A DNA stretch of 64,000 nucleotides from Botryllus schlosseri. Its lineage: Eukaryota. The DNA lies in the NCBI GenBank assembly GCA_051294905.1, contig CM119379.1:3658001-3722000 (forward strand), read 5' to 3'. The notes below the pieces were generated by a model. That model ran no database searches. It was not told the origin of the DNA and saw only the letters and a program-made list of their open reading frames with translations. Made by a program: the position numbers and the translations under genes. Below, piece after piece: positions 24,159 through 47,570 of the stretch (the stretch's first letter is position 1; the number at the start of each line of letters is the position of its first letter).

Positions 24159-25905
24159 CAGTGGTTCCCAAACGGTGGGGAATTCCCCACTAATGGGGAA
24201 TTCAATGGTTTCCGGTGGGGAATAGACGCGTTTGCTCAAAATTGTCTACAGGACAGTCTTCATATTCACGTAGACATATGCGCAATTACCGCTACCAGTT
24301 AACTGCTGTGGAATGTATGTATCGAAAATTATATTGCGCGGTGTTCACAAAACCTCATTTTTAACTCTGGGTGGCCAATGATGGCGTCACAAACGCATCC
24401 AGCACGACTGGTTTGACGTGAAATAATACTTTCGCGAAATTTTGAGCGTTACTGGTATCGGTTCACATAACGTTTTACGTTGCAGTTATTAGCGATTGTT
24501 TTGCGTGCTGGTGTGGTTGCGTGTCTTGTTTAGTCAAACCAGCAATTAGCTGTTCTGTGATGACAAAAGTGTTGAGTAGTGGCGAACAGGACCTAAACCC
24601 CAATTGGGGGGGGGGAGCTCGAAGGGGCCCAAAATGATTTCGTGAATTAACATAAATTATAGAATATATTTTTGGGAATTTAAGTCACTTATTCAATTTT
24701 TTTTTCGGTGGGCGCGAGATTTAATATTGCCTAATATTTTAGGCTTACCATATTTTGGAAATGTAAAAAGAGGACACTTTTTCAGAAATTTCAGACATGC
24801 AAAACTGGAGAAGAATTCTCAAAAACCGGTAAATTTCTCTCACTTCGTGATCGGTTGACTAAAAAAAAAAGGTCATCACTTCCGCTCAGAGCTCAAAATA
24901 ACGTTTTTCTCTCTACATTGCCAATTGCCAGGTGGATGACTGAAAAAAAAAGGTCTTCTTTTCGCTCAGAGCTTAAATCACCACTTTTCCCTCCGAAATA
25001 CCTGCCGGAGCTTCACTTCTGCGGTAATTTAGGGCATATCACTCGCGATTTCCTCTAAATCTGACCTAAATTTTCAAAAAAGAGGACAAAATCTCAAAAA
25101 AGAGGACAAAAGGGCGTCCTCCGAGGACACTTTCAAAAAAGTCAAAAAAGAGGACAAATCATCTTAAAAGAGGACGTATGGTAAGCCTATAATATTTTGA
25201 TTATTGGGTACCCTTCCCCAACGAAAATATGTAGAATTTACAGAAATATGGACTTCGGCGTCGGCCAATACTGCGCCACGACTCACCAAGACATATATGA
25301 AGTTATAGGCCATGTAACATAGGGCTCCGAGAAGTGTGCCAGAACGATCAGCAGCAAGAAGACCTTGGCCGAGAAGGAATGCCCATGTGTTGACCGAAAA
25401 TTTTGATTTGTTTAATTATCCATAGGCGGCTATATGGCTGGCGCCGAATGTTCCTGGCCTGGCGATCTGAACCCCACAGGAAAAATGTCATCCCGCAGGG
25501 AAAAAATTATTAGCCAGTAAAGCAATACCAATTTGAAATCGTGTGTGCCTTTTAGCTTTGGCGATTTCCATGTCTTTTGACATAGCAGATATTGGAGGTC
25601 ACGAAATAGCATGATGTAACGAAGTCAATATACCAACGGGTCTGCCCGAAGATGTTAAATTCATATTTAGGGGTCCTACCTTTTCCAACACACCTCACTC
25701 AGCTCTACCGGTAAATCTGATTACGTGAGCAGAGAGGGGATAAAAAATTGATAGCAAAATATATGCAATTCCCGATCATATTGACCGATTCAAACATGAA
25801 TTATATAAATTTTTCGCGCTTCGCTCGCTCAAAGTCCTGGTGGGGAATGACGGCTCGGAATAAATCTGAAGTGGGGAATGAAGACAAAAAGGTTGGGAAC
25901 CACTG
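24159..25905 (-). mobile_element. hAT element copy Z (contains nested MITE)
   Basis: Same TIRs and internal sequence as X and Y. Confidence 0.9.
24740..25189. mobile_element. hAT MITE nested in copy Z
   Basis: TIRs TAGGCTTACCATA / TATGGTAAGCCTA, exact TSD TAATATTT, subterminal AAGAGGACA repeats. Absent from X and Y. Confidence 0.9.
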
Positions 25906-28467
25906 ATCTAGGCAAATACTTATATAGGCCTACGTGACTGGAGTTTATTTATGTAGGCCTACATGATATCCGTGAAAGTCTGTAACTATGATAGATCTAT
26001 TAATCCTAACTATAGTGTTGTTGCTGTATTTTGATTGAAAAGAGTCTTCGGTGTGTAAAAATAACAAGTAGATTGAATTTCTAAAGTTTATAGTACAACT
26101 GAGCCGATTTTATATCTACTCTCTACCGTGAAAATGTGAGATTTTTGTCCAAATAGCCCCATGGGTTATCTCCACAACAAGAGCCAATTTGAAAAAACTA
26201 CGGTCATATTCGGAATCAGTGCCCTTCAGAACCCTCAAAACCACTCTTACTTTTTCTGCCTAAAAATATGTGTTGACCAGTGTATTAGGATATATATATT
26301 GCTATTAATTTACGATTCTAAATTGGTATTTCTTCACTGGGAAATAATTTTTCTGCTGGTAAGGCATTTGTCCTGTGGGGTACAGATTGCTAGGACAGCG
26401 GGATTCGTCGCCAGCCATTTAGGCGCCTATATGGACAATTAGACATACATATATATCGAAGTTTTCGGTCAACAAAGAGCAGTCCTTTTCGGCCAAGGTT
26501 TTCTCGCTGCCGAATGCTTGGCACACTTTTCGGAATCCCATGTTAGCCTCAACTTGATTATGTGTTAGTACGTCATACGCGCGGTGATGGCTCACGCCGA
26601 AATGCCTATTTGTATATATCATGCGTATTTCTTGGGGAAAGGGCACCAAATATTCTAGACATTTAGTGACACTAAATCACACAGAGCACGAAAAAAATTG
26701 AAACAGTTGGATGAAGTTTAAAAAATACTCTATAATTTATGCTAATAATTCATAAAGTAATTTTTGGCTCCTTCAAGCTCGGCCCGCTCCAAACTGCGTG
26801 ATTTAGCGGGTCAGTTTTTACATGTCGCTCGCATGTCGCCAAATGACACGTCTTGAACTTCAAGTCATATCGAATATGTAACCTCACGAAGTTCTGAATC
26901 TGTTTAAAATTGTAATATACCTGGCGGACCGGCAGGAAAGTCGTCGCTGACCTGCACCGGTCCGCGGACCGGCGATTGAGAACCCTTGATTTATGTACCG
27001 GATTGCTTGGTTCCGCTCACACCACATTGTCGCCCATATCAAATATTTCATCACAGTAAATATGTCCCACCATGACATTTGAAACTGCCGTTTCGCAATC
27101 TATCATTTACCTTATCATATCGTAATCTAGCAGCCCATGACATGTCCTGCTAATATGGAAAATCCGGGTTTTATAACGTTGCACCTGTTTTCTCAGATCA
27201 CCTTTGAAGCTTTATGGACAAAAGAGATGAATAAATTTTCCGCTTTTAGAAGTGGTATTTGTATTTCACGTTCAATTCCGAGTTTCAAACTTTGAGTTCT
27301 AATAACTTTCAGTTCGTTTGTCTGCAGAACATACATATGTTGAATCGTATAAAGCAAGTGTAGTAATGCCTCTATTTTCCGAAAATAAAGCTACGCTAAA
27401 TATAAATTTTACGATCCACAATATTTCTTATTACCGTATAATAATCGCGCAAAGTGTTGGAACCGTATCCGATATAACTTCTCCCTATTATTATTCGCCT
27501 AAACTTGGGGTCTTATAATATGGGGTAGGGCGTCATGCCATGATGTTCTCTAAAACGGGGTCTCTAGTAGAGAAATCGCATTTTCATATCAATACTATAA
27601 TTTGCATCACATGATGCGAAAGAATGCATATTCTGTCGAAAATTGATACCTCTTGGGATGAGTCAATACGAATCAAAGCTCTCTGCACCTTCTGCATAGC
27701 CCAATTTGCAGCTTTTGACAGTCCATGCGAACGAATTAAGACCGTTTTCAAACTACTTACTTATAGTTGAGTAGATTTAAAAGTCAGTCAAATCTACTTC
27801 TACTTAAAGTAGTTTTAGGGGGCTCGTGTAAGAAGTACTTATACTCGTACTTGAGTAGATTTTTTCGACACTACTTCTACTTCTACTTGAGTAGCTTTCA
27901 TGACTACATTGACCATCCCTGCGTACAGCTTGCAAATCGCGCATAGAGCGAAGAAATTTTGAAATGTATGGAATCTGCCACAAAATACTCTATAATTTTG
28001 TTGATTTGCGTAATAATTTTGGGGCCTCTTCGAGCTCGCCTCCTCCCAATTGGAGCGTTTGGGTGTGCGGCAGTTAGTTAGGGCTTACGGCCCTGTCTAC
28101 ATGTAGTTTGCTTCTCAAAGCTACGATGAAGAGCTGCTTGATGCTCCGGAGCTGCCATAGAAAATATATAGACCTTCATATGCTGTTCATGTGGCGTATT
28201 TAGGCCTACTAAATTAGGAATGTAAGAGAATGAAAGAGTGAAAATTGTCAAAGAACATATAAAAATTGGGCGTGCTATTATTTAATATCAATTCGAGATG
28301 ATTAATCGTATAGGCATTAATATTTGCATCGCTCAAGACATCTACAATACAATGCCATACACAAGAGACAATAATGGATCGGTACGAGTATTTTGAAATG
28401 ACTAAATAAGGCCTAACGCCGATGTGTCCGACCTTGACCTTTCGGCTGCGTTTTCTTTAGACGCCCT

Positions 28468-28853
28468 TCATCATCATCATCATCGGTTTATTAGCAATTT
28501 CATCAGTTCAATACACGACAAAAATACGATAGGCCTACAATGAAAAGATATAAGAAGGTGTCGAAGTGACTTGGGGTAGTCCATGGAATCAGACACCCAC
28601 CTTGGCCTAGCAGGCGATGTAAAGAGGAGGCATGCACATTGCACGCACACTGAATGAAAAGTAAAGAAGATAGTTTAGAAAAAAGCAAGCGACAAAAATG
28701 GGATGGCATGTCATGGAAGGCGAGACCGATAGGTCAGTCGTGGTCCGGTAATCTTGAGGATGGACTAGCATTGATTTAGTAGTAATTGCTTGTATTTCGA
28801 CTTGAATGTGGACATGCTCGTCGACTGTCGGATAGTCGGCGGGATACTGTTCT
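28468..28853 (-). mobile_element. 3' end of L2/Crack-like LINE with (ATG)n tail
   Basis: Homologous to 15652-16110; CATCATCAT run at 28468-28484. Confidence 0.75.
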
Positions 28854-29561
28854 TCCTTGCCCTTTTCGTTCGATTTATTGTATACGTCCTTCATCGGACT
28901 TTTTGACGCCATACGAACGAGAGACACATGGGAAGAGGAGAAAATAAACCTCCGATGCTTCAACTGTCCTTCACCGATCTTTAACTGGGCACCGTAAGAA
29001 CAGCAGCGTGAGGATGGAGGAGCCCAGATAAACACCTGACACTTAGAAGCATGACCACATGTACCATATGACGCTGGATTTACCAACTAGGCAAACTATC
29101 AGTATTAGCCAGTATCAGTTTATTAGTAATTCGCATTAGATCAAAACAACACAAATATATGCGTTATATTCTGCAATGGAAAGATAGGAATGTGTCGAAA
29201 CGACGTGGAGTATAGTTCTTCAAATCAGACACCCACCTGGGCCTGTTTCGGCATTCTCGATCATTTTGTTGTATTTTGTCGCTTTCGTAACCTAGTAAAA
29301 TCAGCAAAATTTGAATAAACGCAGTTAGCAGTGCACAATGTTGTGTTGCATCCCATATTCAAAATTTCTGTGACTCCAACAACGTTTCCTGCTTCTCGGG
29401 CTATTTAGAAGACCATGCCACTTGTCACGGTTAGTTGATTTTCATTTCAATGCTTATTTTTGTATGATGAAGAAGGGTACGGACGGTAGAAAAGCTTTAG
29501 CGGTAATCTTTTAGTGGTCATAAAACTACAGGTAGTTGGAATTCGAATTTGACGATACACA

Positions 29562-41766
<12,205 letters not shown>

Positions 41767-43227
41767 GAGAATGCTCCGTTGCCGGCCGACTGCTGGAATC
41801 GCGGCGCCTCGCATTGATGTGAAGGAGTGGGATATCATGTGACGTGCGGACCATTTTGATAACTGACAAGATCTGATGCTCGTACTTCGTTTGCAATAGA
41901 TTTGCCAGCTTACGGTAGTAAAAAATGAATGAAAATTCACAGAACACATGATATTACTGACGGAAAAGTGCGCCTGTGTTCAGGCACGTGTGCTGTCTTC
42001 GTTGACGGTATTTTTCTGGTCATTTCCGAAAATGAATTTGCAATTAAAAATTGCGATCGATGAATGACTGCTAGGTGTGCAGCTGATTTTTGTCTCTCGT
42101 CGCAGTTCGGTGATGAATCGTAAACGGAGGTTGTCAAAGTCGCCAGCTTGCTTTGGTACTCGAGAAGAAATAATGTAGTGAATTGATATTTAAATTACAA
42201 GTTAAAGTAGAGATAAGATATATCAACATTTAATAAGAAGTTGGAAAGTAGAAGACTTCACAGAATGGATTGATTATTATCCAGTACCGAAGACTAGGAC
42301 TTGCCGTCTTTCTTAATTATTTGTTCACCCGAAGAAGCTAAGCTACAAATGTTTTAAATTTTTTTCAAGTGTTTGGTTATATTAGCATCAATTTTACATC
42401 CAGACGATACGTTGACTCGGTCACAAATATTATTTGGCGTTTTAGACAGCAATATCGACGGTTTCGGTAAAACTGACTAACTGACTGTGTCATTTTGTGC
42501 AAATGTTTCATCGCCGACAATCTCGCTTCGAGCGCACGAGCGAAGTCGCATGCCGGACGACACGTTATCTCCTAATTGCGAGTATAAAGTTGGATCAAAG
42601 TCTGTAAATTATTCGTATTTATACTTTCCACTTTCCAGGATGATTTACAATACTAAATGCAAAAAATGTGACAATAAATCATGCAAGGTTGGCCTAATAA
42701 GAAAAATTTCAAGTAAAATAAATCTGCTACGGAATATTCTACTGTGGGTGATATAAGAAGATCTGCGATGAATGTGGCTGGCCCATGGACGAAATTGATG
42801 TTTTAGTCATCATCAAATTTCGCGGTCAGGGTAATCAAATTTTGGATGGCCTTGCAATTTTGCCTGATGTTATATTATTATTATTATAATCACACACAAC
42901 AACGACAGTGGCGCTTATCGCCTGTTTAGGCCTTGTGCGCCACGACAATGCATTCGTAAAGTTCAGTTTCTTTGCTTTTGTATACCTGATGTTATATCTA
43001 ATTACGAGAATTACCTCGCAAGCCACACAAAACCTTCTCGCGGGCCACATTTGGCCTGCGGGACACGGTCTGGTCGCCCTTGATCTGTACGTTATAATGA
43101 TAACAGTGATTGGTGGTATATAAAAATCTTATTACAGTTATTATTAGTAATTTGAATAGGTTCCTTGTGGTAGGCCTACAGAATTTGAATATTGCAACGA
43201 ACAACACATTCATATTCGCAATTTATT

Positions 43228-43263
43228 CACTATAAGCTTTTCAACTGAGCCTCGTCGGTAATG
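43228..43263 (-). ncRNA. Degenerate minimal type I hammerhead ribozyme motif of the Penelope element
   Basis: Minus strand CATTA-CCGACGA-GGC(TCA)GTT-GAAA-AGCT-TA-TAGTG. Core has U4>C, helix III is the palindromic AGCT, and an AATAAA follows. Confidence 0.5.
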
Positions 43264-43436
43264 GCCGTCTGTATAATGCGGAGATTGCAATTCGAAATAT
43301 AAAGATGAAATATGTAGTGTGACGCGAGAATGGTATAACAACAACAACGAAAGAAATCTCAAAACGAGAGCGTTAAGCAAAAATGCAATTACTGCAATAC
43401 AAATTGGCTATAATATATCTAGCCAGAGACGCAACA

Positions 43437-44033
43437 CTAATGAAATACACGGAGAGAATAGAGTCGGTCCTTTTGCCGACAGAGAATCGGTTGCTCGAGT
43501 TTTATTATAGTCGATTCGAGAACCTTTAAATGGAACAGACTACGTCCACGAGCAAGAATTGAAAATCTGCTATCTTTAAACGATTTTGCACACTCTGGAT
43601 GCGTAAGAAGGTGTTGACCTATTGCAGAGTTATATGCCATGGTCTGGTCATAGTCGCGCAAGAAAGGGTTGCTTGTCTGCGATAGACTGTCTGAAATAGC
43701 ATTGACGTCAGCTTTTCTAATCCGCTTGGGCACATGTTGGTTGATTCTTTGTTGCAAACGAAGTGAAGTACGACCCACATACCGACTGTCGCAGTGGCAC
43801 GTATAATTGTATATAATACTACTCTGTTTTGTGGCAGGTAGTACATCCTTCTGTGTTGCAGGAAAGAGAGATTTTGTGGTGAAAACAATCCTAGGTTGTA
43901 CCCACATGAAACATTGACTAACAGACGACATGATGTGCTTCTCAAATCTACCAGAAACTTTACCAATCCATGGTAAATTAAAAATATACTGGACATTTAC
44001 TGGGTCCAATGAATTTTGTGGCTCTGAAGTCAA
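43437..44033 (-). mobile_element. 5'-truncated Penelope-like element, GIY-YIG endonuclease ORF
   Basis: NLPWIGKVS linker, IIYNYTCHCDSRYVGRTSLRLQQRINQH, SAIGQHL, LESTIIKLEQPILCRQ. Confidence 0.9.
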
Positions 44034-44492
44034 TTAGTTTTTTGTCAATGGTGGACTTCACAATGTGATCAGGGTATCCATTAGACTGGAAGATTTTCCG
44101 TATGAAATCTAATTCAGATTCAAGTTCCGATTTACTACAAATCATTAGAGCCCTGTGAACAAGCGTTCGTATGAGATTAGTTTTGCGCTTTGTCGGACAA
44201 AATGAATTCCAAGCGATGTATTGGCCAGTGACTTAAATGTATCTTTGAAAGAAATTGTTTTTATGATAAAGAAGTTGGAGTCGGAGTCGAAGTCAGGGTG
44301 ATTTTCACAAACTCCTACTCCGACTCCATGCAGTCAGTAATTTTTCCACGACTCCGAATCCCGCCACTACAGTTTTCCCGACTCCGACTCCATCAAGCGA
44401 AAATTAGCCAAACTCCGACTCCACCGACTCCTACTCCACAGCCCTGCTTGTAGCATACGGCCAACATCCTTTTTGTGAGACACCGCTTACGC

Positions 44493-45923
44493 TAGTGGTT
44501 CTCAACCTTTTTGACCTCGCGGCACCCTTCGGAAAAGCAAAATAGTTCGCGGCACAGCAGGAAAGTGATGGCTCGGAACATTTTTGGCTTACGGCACCAG
44601 AATACTACCAGAATACTTACTTCACTAGTAACGCTGACTAATGTGACCATCTCTGCAGTCAATCCCAAATGTTTCTGTATTAAGTTAATCAGTTCTAGCG
44701 AAAACAAAGCAAATTCTTTAATTTTGACGCAAATAAAAATCAGTACGAAATTTGGCTCGATTTCTAGCGCATATATCGATGTCTGTGCGCACATTTGGTA
44801 CTGCTACTCTCATCTCATCTTCAACAGCAAGTAACTTCTCTCTTTTTTGGTTTTTACGTTGATCAAAACGGAAATCCGATCTGGCACAGATCCGACGTGG
44901 AAATTTGCAGTAAAATCATAATTGCCTCTTCTCCAATGCAAGGATTTTGCGTCTGGATTTTAATCCAAAATTCGTATCCAGCCATCTTTGTACCATCACT
45001 TCAAGTTTTCGTCACTACTAGGGTCACCATACGTCTTCTTTTAAGGGGATTTGTCCTCTTTTTTAAAACTTTTTTGAAAGTGTCCTCGGAGGACGCCCAA
45101 ATGTCTTCTTTTTGAGACGTGTCCACTTTTTTGAGAATTTTGGTTAAATATAGGGCAAAATTCGACTGAGATACAGTAAATCAACACTGAAGTAACGTTC
45201 TGGTGGCTATTTCGGGAGCTGAGCCGGAAAGTTGACCTTTTTTTAGTCAACAGACCATGAAGTGCAAAAAATTTACCATTTTCCGGATTTTCCTCCGATA
45301 TTGCGAGTATGAAAATTTTGAAAAAGTGTCCTATTTTAAAATTTCCAAAATATGGCAACCCTAGTCACTACGGATGTCAATCAGCTCTTCCTCCTCTTTG
45401 AGATCTAAAGTAAAATGGGTTTCCTGCGGCAAAAATGTTTTTTTTTTACCCATGCATAGTCTTGGAATATAAGTGTTTAATTTTGCATGCAAACATTTTA
45501 GATGCCCAACAACTAATGGCAAGATTTCCCTGTTATTCGTTTCCGAGAAACCAGAGGGCATGCTACAAGTTCCTGCTTCTGCTCCTTCTGACCACACTTT
45601 TAATTTCTCTTGCAATGCTTAAATTTTGTCTGTTGAAGATAAGAGATTTCATTCTTGCGTTGCATACTGAATCCAGCCGTCAAGGCATGCGATATATCGG
45701 GTGAAACGAATTCGCAGGAGATGTTGATTGTGGGGATAAAATCAATTTTGATTTATCAAAATTACAAACTTCACATGAAGTTCGATTAAGATTATTGATC
45801 GTTTGCCATGAAGTAGAATTATTTTGCGCATAATTTCACAATTTAGAAGAAATCGCTCGCGGCACACTGGCGAGACGTAAATGGCACACTAGTGTGCCGC
45901 GGCACACCGGTTGGGAACCACTG
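44493..45923 (-). mobile_element. Internally deleted Buster-type hAT transposon with transposase remnant
   Basis: TIRs TAGTGGTTCTCAAC / GTTGGGAACCACTG; flanks GCTTACGC / GCTGACGC. Minus-strand remnants KLKVWSEG...LDLKEEEELIDIRSD and EFWIKIQTQNPCIGEEAIMILLQISTSDLCQIGF (hATC-like). Confidence 0.8.
45019..45363. mobile_element. hAT MITE nested in the Buster remnant
   Basis: TIRs TAGGGTCACCATA / TATGGCAACCCTA; exact TSD GTCACTAC. Confidence 0.9.
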
Positions 45924-46320
45924 GCTGACGCGGATGAGATGGCGAGGAGGAACACCATGGGTGTCAAACGCAACTTGGTAGCGGGCCAGATTCAAAAATG
46001 ATTCAGATCGCTCGTAGGCCGGACCAAAATGTTACCCCAAATTCATGACCTAGTTTTTCATTGAATACTTTATCATCAAGCCTGTGTTAGTATATTACAC
46101 TATATTACGGACCATAGATGTTCAATTGTTCAATACTATAGCAACACCTTTATTCGCAAACAACGTAATTGCTAAAAGAAATACGGGGGCTGGTCATTTA
46201 AACACCAACATATATCTTTAAATCGCGATTCGGCTTTCTCAAGAGGTCGGGGGACCTTGTGATACAAAAATAGATACAGCATTGCGACGACAGATTTATG
46301 CTGCTGTGTAGCTGTTAACA

Positions 46321-46480
46321 GGGAAGATAGCGTAATGGTAACGATAAGCGCCCACCAATCTGACGGATCCGTTTCGATTCCCGTCGGAGGTTCATCTGGG
46401 CTCCTCTGCCCCCCGCCGTTGCCATTCTTACGGCGACAAAAAAAAACAGTAAAAGACCCGACGATGGAGAGCACTCGCAA
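46321..46480 (+). mobile_element. tRNA-derived SINE-like sequence
   Basis: A box TAGCGTAATGG and B-box-like GTTTCGATTCC; no complete cloverleaf. Confidence 0.5.
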
Positions 46481-47308
46481 GCAATTGAAAGAACTATAGT
46501 AGTAAGGGTAGCAGCTCCAAAAATATCAACATCGAAAAGAACTGTGACACGGGCACTCTCGGCCGAGGTGGATGTTAGAATAAAGGATCGCTAATGATGT
46601 GTGTCGTTCGACATCCTCCTATCTGTTCATGACATCGCATTGTACATTGTGTGTGACTTGTTCAGATGAAAAATATAACCATCGACCTTATTGTTATTAT
46701 TAACTATGATATTTTCCATGTATCTTGCATATACCCAACGGTTTCACATTGGCGTTTTCGCTTAGGTCAGGGCCGGCCAACCCATGGCCCGCGAGGAAAT
46801 TTCCGAAATTAGTAATATTATCAAAAATGGATTGCACAGATTGTGAACTTGCAAGGCCAACCAAATTTGATTAGTCTGGCCGCAACACTTGAGATGTGAT
46901 GACTGAAATAGCAGTTCAGACGCATTGGCATATCCAAGAGCCAGTCACATTTTGGTAGATCTTCGTACACTATAATAAAGCAGAATAATTTGCAATAGAT
47001 TTATCAAAAGTAAAAATTTTGTAAACGCTTCGCGCTACGTGTTGTCACTCGATTTCTTGCTTTTAATATTGTTACCCATTTGTGAAAATACAAGAACGCC
47101 TAATGTATCAGATTGAGTCCAACCATGTTCGCGATTACGAGACGAAGTGTCGTTCAACCTATGCGACCTTGCGTTTGCGCTCGCAGAAAGACCCTCGACT
47201 ATGAAACCTTGGCACAAAATGATGGACGCATGTTGGTCGAAGCTTTCGATATCGATATGTCCAGGCGCCGAATAGTCCACTCCTTCTAAACCAGGGGTTC
47301 TCAACCTG

Positions 47309-47570
47309 GGAGAGAGAGACAGAGAGAGATATGATATTCTTTTTCGCCTGCACCATCGAGATGCTTTGACGGCGGAGTTGCGATACGGCCCCATGAGGTC
47401 ATCTAGTCTGCGCCCCCGTTTTTTTCTCCTCCATACTATCCGGGATTGCTGAGCGCCTAACAGGATAGCTGCGGATACCAATTTTCGAGTCTTTGGTATG
47501 ACCCGGCCGGGGTTCGAACCCACGACCTACCGCTCGAGAAGCCGGACGCATAACCATTACACTATCTCGC
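47309..47570 (-). mobile_element. tRNA-derived SINE with (CT)n tail
   Basis: Minus strand GCGAGATAGTGTAATGG (A box)...GGTTCGAACCCC (B box), unrelated body, CT-rich tail. Confidence 0.75.

Larger units (their letters stand above)
18459..25905 (-). mobile_element. Composite hAT macro-transposon: two directly repeated elements enclosing ~4.4 kb of tRNA-Glu cluster
   Basis: Exact 8-bp duplication ATCTAGGC at 18451-18458 and 25906-25913, directly abutting the outer TIRs. The inner flanks differ (CTTTACGC, CCCTAGAC). Confidence 0.85.
17374..26282. mobile_element. CACTG-terminated non-autonomous DNA transposon (CMC/Chapaev-like), ~1.45 kb of own sequence, host of the composite insertion
   Basis: Imperfect ~120-bp inverted termini: CACTGGTCAACA...TTTAGGCAGAA...GATT(A/C)CGAATAT...ATTGGCTCTT at 17374 (+) and 26282 (-). 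Flanks TAA / TAT. Superfamily assignment is inference. Confidence 0.55.

Noticed and set aside
28607-29086. 159-aa minus-strand ORF divergent from COPS2
   Set aside because: Its C-terminal half is an off-frame reading of a LINE 3' end, and the rest has no recognisable homology.
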